Shown here piece after piece: positions 46,929 to 56,749 of a DNA stretch of 64,000 nt. The notes beneath the pieces are model-generated. The model ran no database searches. It was not told the origin of the DNA and saw nothing but the letters and a program-made list of their open reading frames with translations. Every line of letters begins with the position of its first letter. The stretch's first letter is position 1. Both the position numbers and the translations under genes were made by a program. Source of the DNA: Giardia intestinalis (taxonomy: Eukaryota); the NCBI GenBank assembly GCA_000002435.2, contig CM018793.1, one strand, 5' to 3'.

Positions 46929-47510
46929 ATGCCCAGTAAATTTAAAATGGACGATCTACAAAACAGTTACACAAAGTCCCCTCCAAGTGCAAACCGGTCG
47001 ATCAGAAGGCAGCCCAACGCCAGTCTTCACTTGTCCTCAGCGCCCATGACCATGTCTTTAAAGCACGAAATTCGACTCCCAGTGTTGACCAGGGCATACA
47101 CTATACGGTTACAAGAAGAGGCAATGCGAAGAATCAAGAATGGCTTCGTCAGCTTACAGAAGCTGAGACGAGAGCCTCCATACAGAAACACAAAGCAGCA
47201 ACTTGCGAGCTCAGGCGCGATATCAATCTCCGACATTGTGACCAGTCTTACACAAGATCTACTAGATGAATTTATTACTCGTGTATGTAGTGAGGTAACC
47301 ATCTCAATGGACAGACTTCTTGTAGAAATGGGGATCAAGAACGGTCCTCCTCACCTTTCCGGGGCTATTCCTTTGACAGAGACGCTCACGACATCAATGC
47401 TTAACAGCACGGCAACGCTAAGTGGTCCAGGTCTGTCTTTACACCAGGGTCCGTCTCGGATAACACAAAAAGCCTATCCCCATCACAAAGTACCCGCTAG
47501 AAGTAAATGA
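46929..47510 (+). CDS. hypothetical protein (193 aa)
   Basis: ATG at 46929. No domain recognised. Ends 30 nt before the convergent MORN gene stop. Confidence 0.4.
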   Translation: MPSKFKMDDLQNSYTKSPPSANRSIRRQPNASLHLSSAPMTMSLKHEIRLPVLTRAYTIRLQEEAMRRIKNGFVSLQKLRREPPYRNTKQQLASSGAISISDIVTSLTQDLLDEFITRVCSEVTISMDRLLVEMGIKNGPPHLSGAIPLTETLTTSMLNSTATLSGPGLSLHQGPSRITQKAYPHHKVPARSK

Positions 47511-47540
47511 AAAGAACGCAGATTGGGGTGCAGAAGGTAC

Positions 47541-49247
47541 CTACTTTGGAACCCTTCCTAGTCCATCAGAGGGTCGCTTCATCGGATCACGGTATCCCAG
47601 GGCCCCGCGAATGCCGCCTGAACTGGCGAGCCGATTGGCTGGAGCTAGCGTGTTATTACTCAGCTGTAAGAAGCGGGAAGGCGCGGGATGCACGCTGACC
47701 CCTGTAATCAAAGAACTCGCCCCAAGGCGCGCTTTAGAGCCTGACAGAGCTTTTTCCATGGTCCCTGCCATCGAAATAGCAGCTGTGGAAGCTGACTCAA
47801 GTCCTTGGTTCGTCCCCATCTGCGTAAGTGGCACCGTTCCAGGGATCACAGAGCTCTGCAACGAGCTTCCATGACCATGCTTAACATCATTATGCCACGA
47901 TCCTTCGTAAACGCTCCCATCGGAGTACTTGCAGATGCCAGTGCCTTCACGAAGATTATTAGCAAAGGACCCCGTGTAGACGGACCCATCCTCGTAATAC
48001 TGAATTCCTTGGCCGTTTCTCTGGTCATCCTTCCAGGCCCCTTCGTACTTGCATCCATTAGCCTCCTCGAAGGTTCCATTGCCTTCGCGCACATCGTTGA
48101 GCCACTCGCCTCTGTAAACACTGCCATCTGGATAGCGGCACGTTCCTCGGCCAGCTCTCTTGTCGCCATTGTAATGACCTGAATATGTCTCTCCATTTGC
48201 GCGCACCTGGGTGCCTTGGCCACATTTGTTCCCTTCAAAGAACTCACCTGTAAAGCGTGTCCCATCTGAGTATTGAATGGACCCACTCCCATGAGCAAAG
48301 CCATTGCGAAACCCGCCCTCATAGACACTGCCATCTGTAAACTCTATACGGACCCGTTCGCCAAGAATCTCGTCGTTCCTGAACTCTCCTACCCACCGTG
48401 TTCCATCAGGAAGAGTCAGGACACCAGGTCCATGCCGCCTATCATTGTTCCACCTTCCTTCATAGACAGAGCCATCGGTGTACTTCATAGTTCCGGTTCC
48501 AGACCGACAATCATTGCACCATTGACCCGTGTATGTACCTCCCTGTTCCTCGCCTGGATCGGGCGCGTACAGCATGGTTCCTCGGCCATTGCGTTTATCA
48601 TCTACCCACTCGCCTTGGTATCGGGAGTTGCCGTCTACCATAGTGCCAGTGCCATGCCGCTTACAATTGAGAAAGTCGCCACTGTATATGGCTCCGTTGA
48701 CAAGAAAGAGCTTGCCTTGGCCGCACATAAGGCCCTTGACCCATTCGCCCTCGTACCGGCTTCCGTCGGCAAACTCACACGTGCCCTCTCCATCAGGAAC
48801 CTCGTCCCGGAAGTTACCGACGTAGCGTTCTCCCGATGCATATTTAAGGCTACCGTGGCCATCACTCCTTCGGCCCTCACAGAAATTGCCTTCGAAGATG
48901 TCTCCGTTGGGTAATTGGACTTCCCCCTTGCCATGTGGAAAGTCATTTTGCCAGTTACCCTTGTAAATGGTTGTATCCGGATACCGGCAAGTCCCATATC
49001 CTGAACGCACGTTGTGCTTGAACTCACCTTGGTATGACTCGCCAGACGCTGTCTCCAGCTCTCCAATCCCATGCCGCATGTCGTCCTGAAAGTCTCCTCT
49101 GTATCTATCACCGCAGGTTGCATTCGTTGTCTCCTTAAGAGTGCGGGCCAGATGTTCATTTGCAGTCCCTCCTGTGGGCATACGAGGCGCCAACTGAGAT
49201 CGACTCAGATCCGCTGCTCCAGAGCGAAACGATCCTGCGCGACTCAT
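47541..49247 (-). CDS. MORN-repeat protein (about 20 tandem MORN units)
   Basis: The track start at 49262 is a TTG; the ATG is 49247-49245 (MSRAGSFRSG...). Repeats fit the MORN pattern Y-x-G-x-[WF]-x-x-[GDN]-x-x-x-G-x-G, for example YQGEFKHNVRSGYGTCRY, YKGNWQNDFPHGKGEVQL, YEGEWVKGLMCGQGKLFL, YEGRWNNDRRHGPGVLTL. Confidence 0.85.
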   Translation of the reverse strand: MSRAGSFRSGAADLSRSQLAPRMPTGGTANEHLARTLKETTNATCGDRYRGDFQDDMRHGIGELETASGESYQGEFKHNVRSGYGTCRYPDTTIYKGNWQNDFPHGKGEVQLPNGDIFEGNFCEGRRSDGHGSLKYASGERYVGNFRDEVPDGEGTCEFADGSRYEGEWVKGLMCGQGKLFLVNGAIYSGDFLNCKRHGTGTMVDGNSRYQGEWVDDKRNGRGTMLYAPDPGEEQGGTYTGQWCNDCRSGTGTMKYTDGSVYEGRWNNDRRHGPGVLTLPDGTRWVGEFRNDEILGERVRIEFTDGSVYEGGFRNGFAHGSGSIQYSDGTRFTGEFFEGNKCGQGTQVRANGETYSGHYNGDKRAGRGTCRYPDGSVYRGEWLNDVREGNGTFEEANGCKYEGAWKDDQRNGQGIQYYEDGSVYTGSFANNLREGTGICKYSDGSVYEGSWHNDVKHGHGSSLQSSVIPGTVPLTQMGTNQGLESASTAAISMAGTMEKALSGSKARLGASSLITGVSVHPAPSRFLQLSNNTLAPANRLASSGGIRGALGYRDPMKRPSDGLGRVPK

Positions 49248-49286
49248 ATGCAGCTGTTCCAACGAGATAATTTTTTAAAATTTTAC

Positions 49287-52200
49287 TTATGCTAAGCCAG
49301 TCATCTCGATGTCCTCGGCAAAGGTAGAAAGACTATCCAGTACTTTAAGGGTTCGGAGTGTTGGTCTGTCGCAAACCTTCAGAAGTGCACGGCGAGCAAT
49401 TGGAAGTAGGGGCCACGTGGCCAAAATCTGGCTGATCACCAGGAAGAAGGAATCCCGCGGAACATTATCTGCCTTGCAGTAGTCTATGTTTGGGTTTCTA
49501 TATGGCATGGAATTGTCGACAAGGATTCCGATAGCAGTGGAGGCTTGCTGAACGTCTGGCTCGTACGCAGACAGCAAGTAATTACAGTACATGAGTATCT
49601 GTGACTCAAATACGTTGAGCCTTTCTCCACTTCTTAGGCTAGATATCACTACTAGCTCATTGGCGTGGGCGAACTTTTTGTTTCTACGCTGGATCTTCGC
49701 ACCCTCTATGCTAATCTGTTGTATGAATGCATTGATAATATCTTCGTTATCATTATCATGCATTAAATAAAATGCAACCTCTTTTGGTAAAGACCCAATG
49801 AATTTCCGACACAGAGCCTGAAACCTGTCTGTAAGTGATGCAGCCGTAAGTAATTGACCGCTTGGTACCATCTGGCTAGTGGGTTGTTGGAGTCTAGCGT
49901 CTATACTTGCCTTAGAAATAATAATGCCTGCTGTGCAGCCGCATGGCAAATATGCTCGAGGATTAGTAACGTAGCTGTCTGCCTGCATAAGCCTCATGCC
50001 CTTAATTCGCGCTGTCCCCCTAGTAGCCATAATGTGCAGTGGAGTTTTTACGGGGGTGTCTAGTTCATTTGTAGGGGTAGATTGCAGCTTTTTAGGCTGA
50101 TCGTTTTCATCTTTTTGGGGCACCTCTATCAGCCCAAGCGCCTTATACCTCTCTTCAAGCTTGAACGTCCTTAGAACAAAATCCTTGTCATAAATATTCT
50201 CCAAGTTGAGCCAAATGTAATCGACTGCGCTGTCACTAGATAGCTCGACTGGCAAAGGGCTTGTTGTGGTAGTGGTATACTTTAGCAACGTCTTTATTTC
50301 TTCCATCTTCTCGTCTGTAATATTTAGTGATAGAGCAGAAGAAGACTGTTGGTGTACGGGCATCCGTTCTCGAAAATTTAGAGACGACGCGATGCTCATT
50401 CCTATGTTAATGTTTGCACCCGCCATGTTTGCGATATGCAGTGAGGTATCCATCAACATATTGTGTGAGCGTCCCCCAGCATGGTGGTTGTCCTCGTGGG
50501 GGGTCCCGCGAGCATGACTGTTAGCAACAGAGACACCCTCTGTCTGCGTCATTGTTGTGTGACTACTGTGTATGCTCCTGAGGGGGGTCATAATAAAGGT
50601 TTCCACTTCCTCATTTGAAAGGAGTTTGGCACGGTAAAATGTATCAAACAGTTCCACAGGCGGGAGGCATCCGTAAGACTCGCCAGAACGTGATAGACGA
50701 GTGACCTCCCAGCCTAACTTATCAACAAAGTAACTCCTTATACGGGCATTGAGGCAGCAATGGCTTATACAAAGGGTTGCGGTTTGTTTAACCTTATATG
50801 AATCTGAAAAAATTGCCAGATTGTGCAGGAGGTGTAAAAGAAGAGGCGGAAATTTCCAATCGTGCTTGTAGTGGATAAATGATTCATTAGAAGCAGAACA
50901 CTGTGAGGATGTTTCGTAGAGATGAGACGTTGAGCAGCTCGTCTTATTAAATATATTTGAAATCGTTCCTCCTCTATGACTACAAACTGTGTGCATCAGT
51001 TTTCCGCGTGTACTAAGCATGGGGGCGTCGCCAAGGCTTAAGCCTGTAAGCTGGTAGCCGGGAATATTACTGATCAGACCAGTACCCCCGAACGCATTAG
51101 TCATGGAGTTTATTGGGTTCCAATTTGTGACTCCAGACTGTTCTCCCGCGGTGATGAAGCTGCTAGCAACGCTGTGGCATGTATACACCGAATGGATTGA
51201 TTCATCGTCATTACCGTCCAATGTTTCATTACTAATTGAGATAGAATCTTGTCGCAAATAGTTGCATGAGGGATCCAGTGACGCCTTTGCAATTATCTCT
51301 TTGAAGCCTGCCTCTGACTGGGCAATGAAGGCAATTGACCAGAGAGATGCTCTATACTGTAGCGTAAATCGATTTTCTACAGGGTTGAGCAATATCTCCA
51401 TGATTGTCTTGAAGATGCCTGTCTTGATAATCAGCTCACAGCCTTGTGGCGTTTTGGCCAGTTCTGCTAGAAGGCATGGACGGAGGTGGGTAGGTAGAAT
51501 ATTGGACACTCTGTTTCGATGAGAGGAATCCGGACCATTATACTGATTCATATAGTCGCTGAAGAAACCACACGGGTTAGACATGCCCTTATTTAGCCGT
51601 CCGGTCATTGCCTCTGTTGTCAAAAAGGATAGCGCTGAGGCAGGCCTTTCGAAGCCAATCGACGTACTGCTAGCGGTGTCCTTCTCCCTGATCTGTCCAG
51701 TGTTGGCAATGAACAGCTCACGAAACGCAGGTGGCATGTCAATCGACGAGTAGGGCAGATAAAGACTAGACCTTCCTAAACGTGTGTGATGTGGCATCAC
51801 CAAGTGGTCATACATTAGCTCGTCAGCTTTGTAAAAGGTTAATGATGCCGCGTCCCCCCTAACTCTATATGGAATTTTTTCTTGGAAAAAAGCTGGCAAG
51901 GAGTAATTCTGTGCAATTCCCAAATCAATATTCGAGTATATTCTTGCCTCTAGATTAAGGGTCCACTCCATGGCTGGAGCAAGACCATTGGCCCAATATT
52001 CCAGTAGAGGCATAAGAATGTTCTTTTCATCTTTAATGTAATGCAATCCTGCAGGACAGGAAGCCAACCGTTCGATAAGAACCTCTCCTATTCGACCATA
52101 TGTCACAAAAGATGGTTTTAGTGACACTATATATTCAAGAATAAGCACATTCTTTTCAGAACTAAGCTCCTCTAAGGCAATAAGGGCACAGATTGCTATT

Positions 52201-55200
52201 TCGGTAATAGGGTCGCGGCATTGCGCTACCAAACACTCTGCTGCCCAAAAGACATCGTTGAGTGTCTTGAGTTGTATAGAGTGGGACCTGAGATCTACAA
52301 AGTGGTGTTCAAACACAGAGAGGCAGGAAGAACAGAGACACGTAACATTATATTCCTTGAGAAACGTGTGTCTCTGTCTCACCATTGCCGCAATGTGGAA
52401 TGTCGAAAAATATCGCGTGCTAACGTTACTGCTTTTAAGAGCCTCTACCATGCACTCCCGGGACTCTTTGTTCAACTCACTGAATAGGATATTAAAGTGG
52501 TCGGTGGGATCAATATCATGGATTGTCAGCGACTTGTCGGGTGTTGCTCTTTTCTGTTCCACTACACCAGGGCTTAGCATATTTGCCACATTCGTTGATC
52601 CTCCAGTTTCATCCTTATTATCCCTCAAGCTGTGGTTCATGATATCGGCTTTTTCTGAGGTTGACGAATATAGCTCCACGATTCCGGGGAGCAGTGAAGT
52701 TTGGGTAAGTGATGCAGAATAGTTTAGTGACATAACTAAGTGCTGAGCCAATTCTGGTCGTGTATCTTGCTTGATGAGTTGCTTGATTGGCTTCCAAAGA
52801 CTGTCCGTCCGACCAGTTGATAGATTTAATGACGCCATTATATAAAGCCCTAGATCTGTTGATGATAGTACTCCGATCGCAGCAACCGCCCCCAAAGATA
52901 GATTTGCTTTGTAATTTTCCTTTGAGAGTAGCCCTTCATCCTTAGAGGCACTGTCTAAGATGTCATACAGTACCGAAGCAAGCCTTGACTTTCTAATTAA
53001 CGCAATACCTTCCGGGTGGCGCACTAGTAAAGAGAGCATGCCTATGCAAGTTCTGCAGATGTACAGTGTATACTCTGTTACTGGTAGTTCAAATAGAGCG
53101 CCTAACTTAAGGTCGCTGCACTGCTTGTACAGCTCTAAACTCTGCATTTCGGAGCTATCCTGATCTCCACCGATGGATTGCAACAGTAAAGTAGACGGTG
53201 CGGACCCGGGTGTGTACCCAGCAACGATAGGAACAAGCGACTTTGACCCAGCGGCCCCGGTCCTTTCTTCGGTAAATCCTTCTGGTAAGTTAGCCATGGT
53301 TATCGAAGTAGCGGCATCAAGATTGAGCTTCTTGTAGTTAGCACGCTTCAATTTCTGTATCGAGTCATGAGATTGCTTTATAGTTCCATCCATGAAGCTA
53401 AGAATATTTTCAAAAATGGGTGTTACCTTGGTCCACACAGACTTAACTTCTGCCTGTGTTTCTCCTGCATGCCCGAACTGATTGCTGAGGAAACCAATGA
53501 GTGCCGATATTGAGTTCCATCCCCAGTAGCTGGGATAATCGCTGAGTTCTCCTGACTTGAGAAAAGAGTCAATACGAAAGTAATAGAAATCAAAACCAGT
53601 CTTGCACTCAACGGACGAAATCCCTACTCTTAGGCCGCCCTTTGTTGAGGTAAGGTGTACAAACAATTTTTGAATGGCTTGGTCTAAATAGTTAAGACGA
53701 ATTCTATACAATTCTAGATTGATGTGAAGTATTCGCTCCTTCAACATTTTCTTAGCAAACCCGTTGTCATTGATTGCAATGTATGTCTTTATTATATCTG
53801 AAAACTTCAGTTTAGAACGCGTCTCCACAAGCTGACGCAATCGTTCAAACAGACTATCTTCTGAAAGGTTATTTCCATGCCGCTCGAGCTCCTTTTCATG
53901 TATGTAATGGTGAAGGTCAATTTGCTGCTGAGAAAGATTAATCTGATTGACATACTGATTAAAGTATCCTTGAGTAAACACAAATTCGTACATCTCTGCA
54001 TAAATAGAGATCGAGCGCTGGAAATTTAAGAAGGAATTGTATGCAAGAGAGCCTGAGCTGGAGCCTGACCACAGCCTAGAAAGCCCTGTGGTGTTGAGAT
54101 TGGCCTTGCTCTTTTCACACAAGTTGCCAATATAATAGCTGATTAGACTGGATAAAGAGATGATAGGATTAGAGTAAGTTCTTGGGAGTAGCTGGACACA
54201 CTTAGACAGGAAGAGCGTGAGCAGCATGAGAGCAGGTCCGTATGACATAGAGGAATCGGACATTAGCTCCCAGCAGAGCACCTCAACGAGCCCAGCTCTG
54301 GCTAGTGTTATTAAGACCCACATCATGTGGTCTGCTGTGATGTCACTATCGGTGTAGCTACCATAGCTAGACGGACAGCCCAGAGAGGCAAGGTATAGCT
54401 CGTCGATAAACAGGAGTTCTAGCAAGTTAAGTTCTGACGTCACCATACCAGAAAATGAGGCACTCATCGTCATGCTAAAGTTAGGACTGATCTCCATTGC
54501 AAGAGCTGCAAGAGCACCATAGTTAGATGAACTGTACATGTACACATCGCCTAGGCCGGGGCATCCCTTACTGCTATAGCTAGAACGCTGAGCAACAGGA
54601 ACCTCCTGGGATTCAATAACGCTATTGGTCTGGGACGATTCATTAACGAAGTTAGATAGGTACCGCAGATGGCTTGGCTGAAGCTGGGCTGAGGTGTTGG
54701 CTTTCTGCTTGCTGCGCAAAGTCGTTGTGCTCGTTAATAGGTTTCCCTTAGTCTCTGCCAGCCGCAGCCCTGCAGTACTCTTTGTCTGTTGAATTCCCAA
54801 CTTGTTTCCTGGGGAGTTTGACAAGCTTAGCTCAGTCAGCGCAATGGCACTTTGAAATCTATGCAATTCCGTACTAGGATATGTTGTACTATTCTTCAGA
54901 GAAAGGAGCTGTGCTGGACTAACAAACTTTTGCATAAACCGAGATTTAAATATACGTTTATCTCCAAGGATATCAAATAAGAGTTCATAGATAGCTCGCT
55001 TTGTCCCATCGAAGTCTTTGAGCGTTAGAAGATTATTCAATACCCCCTTAAGCCCGCACGGCAGAGACAATAAATATAGAAGGCCGGTATGAGTAGATAG
55101 AAGGCAGTACAAAAGATGTTTAGTGATTTCTGTCCGTGACGAAACTCGAACTGTTTTAGAACCGGACTGGTACTCAAAGTTCTGGGGCTGCTTTTTAAGT

Positions 55201-56690
55201 CGCGCATCAACTGCTTCTTGTCGCACACGGCACATATGAGAGATAAGCTTTTTCCCCACTTGGGTTATGGATGCATCTGCATCATTTGCTAGTGCTGTGG
55301 ATGCTCCAAAGCCACCTGCTTTAAGGGAGGACGGACCTGTGTTGAGACTCCTTTGCTTCTTACCGTGAACATCTGTCTTAGCATGCTTATCAGCGGGGTG
55401 GCCTGGTCGCAAACCCTCACTCACAAAAAACATATCCATGGCTCGTTGCTGCGCTCCATTCTTTTGTCTAATCTCTTCATAGAGAGCAGATTCCCTTTTT
55501 TGTAACTCTTCAATCTGTGCTGACAGGCCAGTGTACTTCTCTATATATGCAGTTTTTGCGGATTGAATCTGCACCAGCTTACTCTCTAACTCTGCTCTCT
55601 TATGATCTTCAATTTGATGAGAATGCTGAGCTGATAGGAGGTCTTTCCGTGTAGTGATCTCCAATTGATGTTTAGAGCTATCATCACCGAGAGTATTTAG
55701 AATTTTCTGATAATTGTGGACAATATGTGACAAATTGCGTATAGAGTTGTTGGTGGAATCGAGCTCTTCGGAAAGTGCAAGCATCATATCGGAAGTGTTC
55801 TGGATTGCTTTTTCAATTGTCTGTCTATTGGACTCCAAAATCCTGAGCTTTAGGGCAACATCATCAAGGTCTCTCTGTATGTCTTCTGCTTCACGTAAAT
55901 ACTCGGTATTGGAGGGTCTATTCTGAGTCTCCTCATCATCATCAGGTATCTCCGTCTTCGTGCATAACGGAACAAGGAGTCTATCTACGTTGTGCTTTAT
56001 TTTTGTGTCCTCTTCAGGGGTTCTTTTGGAGGATATGAGCCTCAGAATAACGGCAGAATTAATATACACTTCGTTAATTCTTTCAGGCTCAGTCAGTTGG
56101 TCAAAGAATACGCGCATGGCAGGCTCTGAATTACTAACTCCATATATAACCATCTGCTGGCATAGCGCCATACACTCTAGTTGCAAAGCATCTGCCTTAT
56201 CCGTGGCAATCGACGCTACGGCATTGATTATTGCTGTAGAAATACCCTTGGGGTCAACCGATATCATAGCGCCTATGCAATCTGTTAGACAGGTGTCTTC
56301 TGTGCTGTGATCTAGACTGTGTATTTCCAAGTGCCGCGCCATTAGAATCTGGCATCCATTCCGCAAAAGGCGTCGGGGAACCTTAGATCCTTCGAAGCAC
56401 AATGCGGTGATAAGCTTAAAAAGCGCTCTTTGAGTAAGACGGTACTGGGTTAACATCAGCGTCCTTATAGCTATGGAAATCTCAGTGGCTGCCTTATTTA
56501 TCTGGTTCTGCAAGTCCTTTGCTGCCGCAGCAGACCTCGTCATCTCCATGGATATGTACTCTATCAAGACGGCAATAGCGTCTGGGAGGACACGAAAATG
56601 CCGGACATTTTCTTCGTATTGCTCAAAGTGTGTGGCATACTGGATCAACGGAGTAAAGTTCTGTTCAAATGGAGTTAGATCATAAGTCAT
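49287..56690 (-). CDS. giant hypothetical protein (about 2467 aa), alpha-helical with a central coiled-coil segment
   Basis: One uninterrupted 7.4-kb frame. The track start is a TTG at 56702; the first ATG is 56690 (MTYDLTPFEQ...). A coiled-coil stretch appears around residues 260-420 (LDDVALKLRILESNRQTIEKAIQNTSDMMLALSEELDSTNNSIRNL...). No catalytic motif recognised. The stop is followed by TAAGTAAAAT. Confidence 0.6.
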   Translation of the reverse strand: MTYDLTPFEQNFTPLIQYATHFEQYEENVRHFRVLPDAIAVLIEYISMEMTRSAAAAKDLQNQINKAATEISIAIRTLMLTQYRLTQRALFKLITALCFEGSKVPRRLLRNGCQILMARHLEIHSLDHSTEDTCLTDCIGAMISVDPKGISTAIINAVASIATDKADALQLECMALCQQMVIYGVSNSEPAMRVFFDQLTEPERINEVYINSAVILRLISSKRTPEEDTKIKHNVDRLLVPLCTKTEIPDDDEETQNRPSNTEYLREAEDIQRDLDDVALKLRILESNRQTIEKAIQNTSDMMLALSEELDSTNNSIRNLSHIVHNYQKILNTLGDDSSKHQLEITTRKDLLSAQHSHQIEDHKRAELESKLVQIQSAKTAYIEKYTGLSAQIEELQKRESALYEEIRQKNGAQQRAMDMFFVSEGLRPGHPADKHAKTDVHGKKQRSLNTGPSSLKAGGFGASTALANDADASITQVGKKLISHMCRVRQEAVDARLKKQPQNFEYQSGSKTVRVSSRTEITKHLLYCLLSTHTGLLYLLSLPCGLKGVLNNLLTLKDFDGTKRAIYELLFDILGDKRIFKSRFMQKFVSPAQLLSLKNSTTYPSTELHRFQSAIALTELSLSNSPGNKLGIQQTKSTAGLRLAETKGNLLTSTTTLRSKQKANTSAQLQPSHLRYLSNFVNESSQTNSVIESQEVPVAQRSSYSSKGCPGLGDVYMYSSSNYGALAALAMEISPNFSMTMSASFSGMVTSELNLLELLFIDELYLASLGCPSSYGSYTDSDITADHMMWVLITLARAGLVEVLCWELMSDSSMSYGPALMLLTLFLSKCVQLLPRTYSNPIISLSSLISYYIGNLCEKSKANLNTTGLSRLWSGSSSGSLAYNSFLNFQRSISIYAEMYEFVFTQGYFNQYVNQINLSQQQIDLHHYIHEKELERHGNNLSEDSLFERLRQLVETRSKLKFSDIIKTYIAINDNGFAKKMLKERILHINLELYRIRLNYLDQAIQKLFVHLTSTKGGLRVGISSVECKTGFDFYYFRIDSFLKSGELSDYPSYWGWNSISALIGFLSNQFGHAGETQAEVKSVWTKVTPIFENILSFMDGTIKQSHDSIQKLKRANYKKLNLDAATSITMANLPEGFTEERTGAAGSKSLVPIVAGYTPGSAPSTLLLQSIGGDQDSSEMQSLELYKQCSDLKLGALFELPVTEYTLYICRTCIGMLSLLVRHPEGIALIRKSRLASVLYDILDSASKDEGLLSKENYKANLSLGAVAAIGVLSSTDLGLYIMASLNLSTGRTDSLWKPIKQLIKQDTRPELAQHLVMSLNYSASLTQTSLLPGIVELYSSTSEKADIMNHSLRDNKDETGGSTNVANMLSPGVVEQKRATPDKSLTIHDIDPTDHFNILFSELNKESRECMVEALKSSNVSTRYFSTFHIAAMVRQRHTFLKEYNVTCLCSSCLSVFEHHFVDLRSHSIQLKTLNDVFWAAECLVAQCRDPITEIAICALIALEELSSEKNVLILEYIVSLKPSFVTYGRIGEVLIERLASCPAGLHYIKDEKNILMPLLEYWANGLAPAMEWTLNLEARIYSNIDLGIAQNYSLPAFFQEKIPYRVRGDAASLTFYKADELMYDHLVMPHHTRLGRSSLYLPYSSIDMPPAFRELFIANTGQIREKDTASSTSIGFERPASALSFLTTEAMTGRLNKGMSNPCGFFSDYMNQYNGPDSSHRNRVSNILPTHLRPCLLAELAKTPQGCELIIKTGIFKTIMEILLNPVENRFTLQYRASLWSIAFIAQSEAGFKEIIAKASLDPSCNYLRQDSISISNETLDGNDDESIHSVYTCHSVASSFITAGEQSGVTNWNPINSMTNAFGGTGLISNIPGYQLTGLSLGDAPMLSTRGKLMHTVCSHRGGTISNIFNKTSCSTSHLYETSSQCSASNESFIHYKHDWKFPPLLLHLLHNLAIFSDSYKVKQTATLCISHCCLNARIRSYFVDKLGWEVTRLSRSGESYGCLPPVELFDTFYRAKLLSNEEVETFIMTPLRSIHSSHTTMTQTEGVSVANSHARGTPHEDNHHAGGRSHNMLMDTSLHIANMAGANINIGMSIASSLNFRERMPVHQQSSSALSLNITDEKMEEIKTLLKYTTTTTSPLPVELSSDSAVDYIWLNLENIYDKDFVLRTFKLEERYKALGLIEVPQKDENDQPKKLQSTPTNELDTPVKTPLHIMATRGTARIKGMRLMQADSYVTNPRAYLPCGCTAGIIISKASIDARLQQPTSQMVPSGQLLTAASLTDRFQALCRKFIGSLPKEVAFYLMHDNDNEDIINAFIQQISIEGAKIQRRNKKFAHANELVVISSLRSGERLNVFESQILMYCNYLLSAYEPDVQQASTAIGILVDNSMPYRNPNIDYCKADNVPRDSFFLVISQILATWPLLPIARRALLKVCDRPTLRTLKVLDSLSTFAEDIEMTGLA

Positions 56691-56749
56691 AGACCTACCC
56701 AAATAATTTACAAGGGTGAGCTAGGTAGAGAGTTAATTCTCTTGAGATT

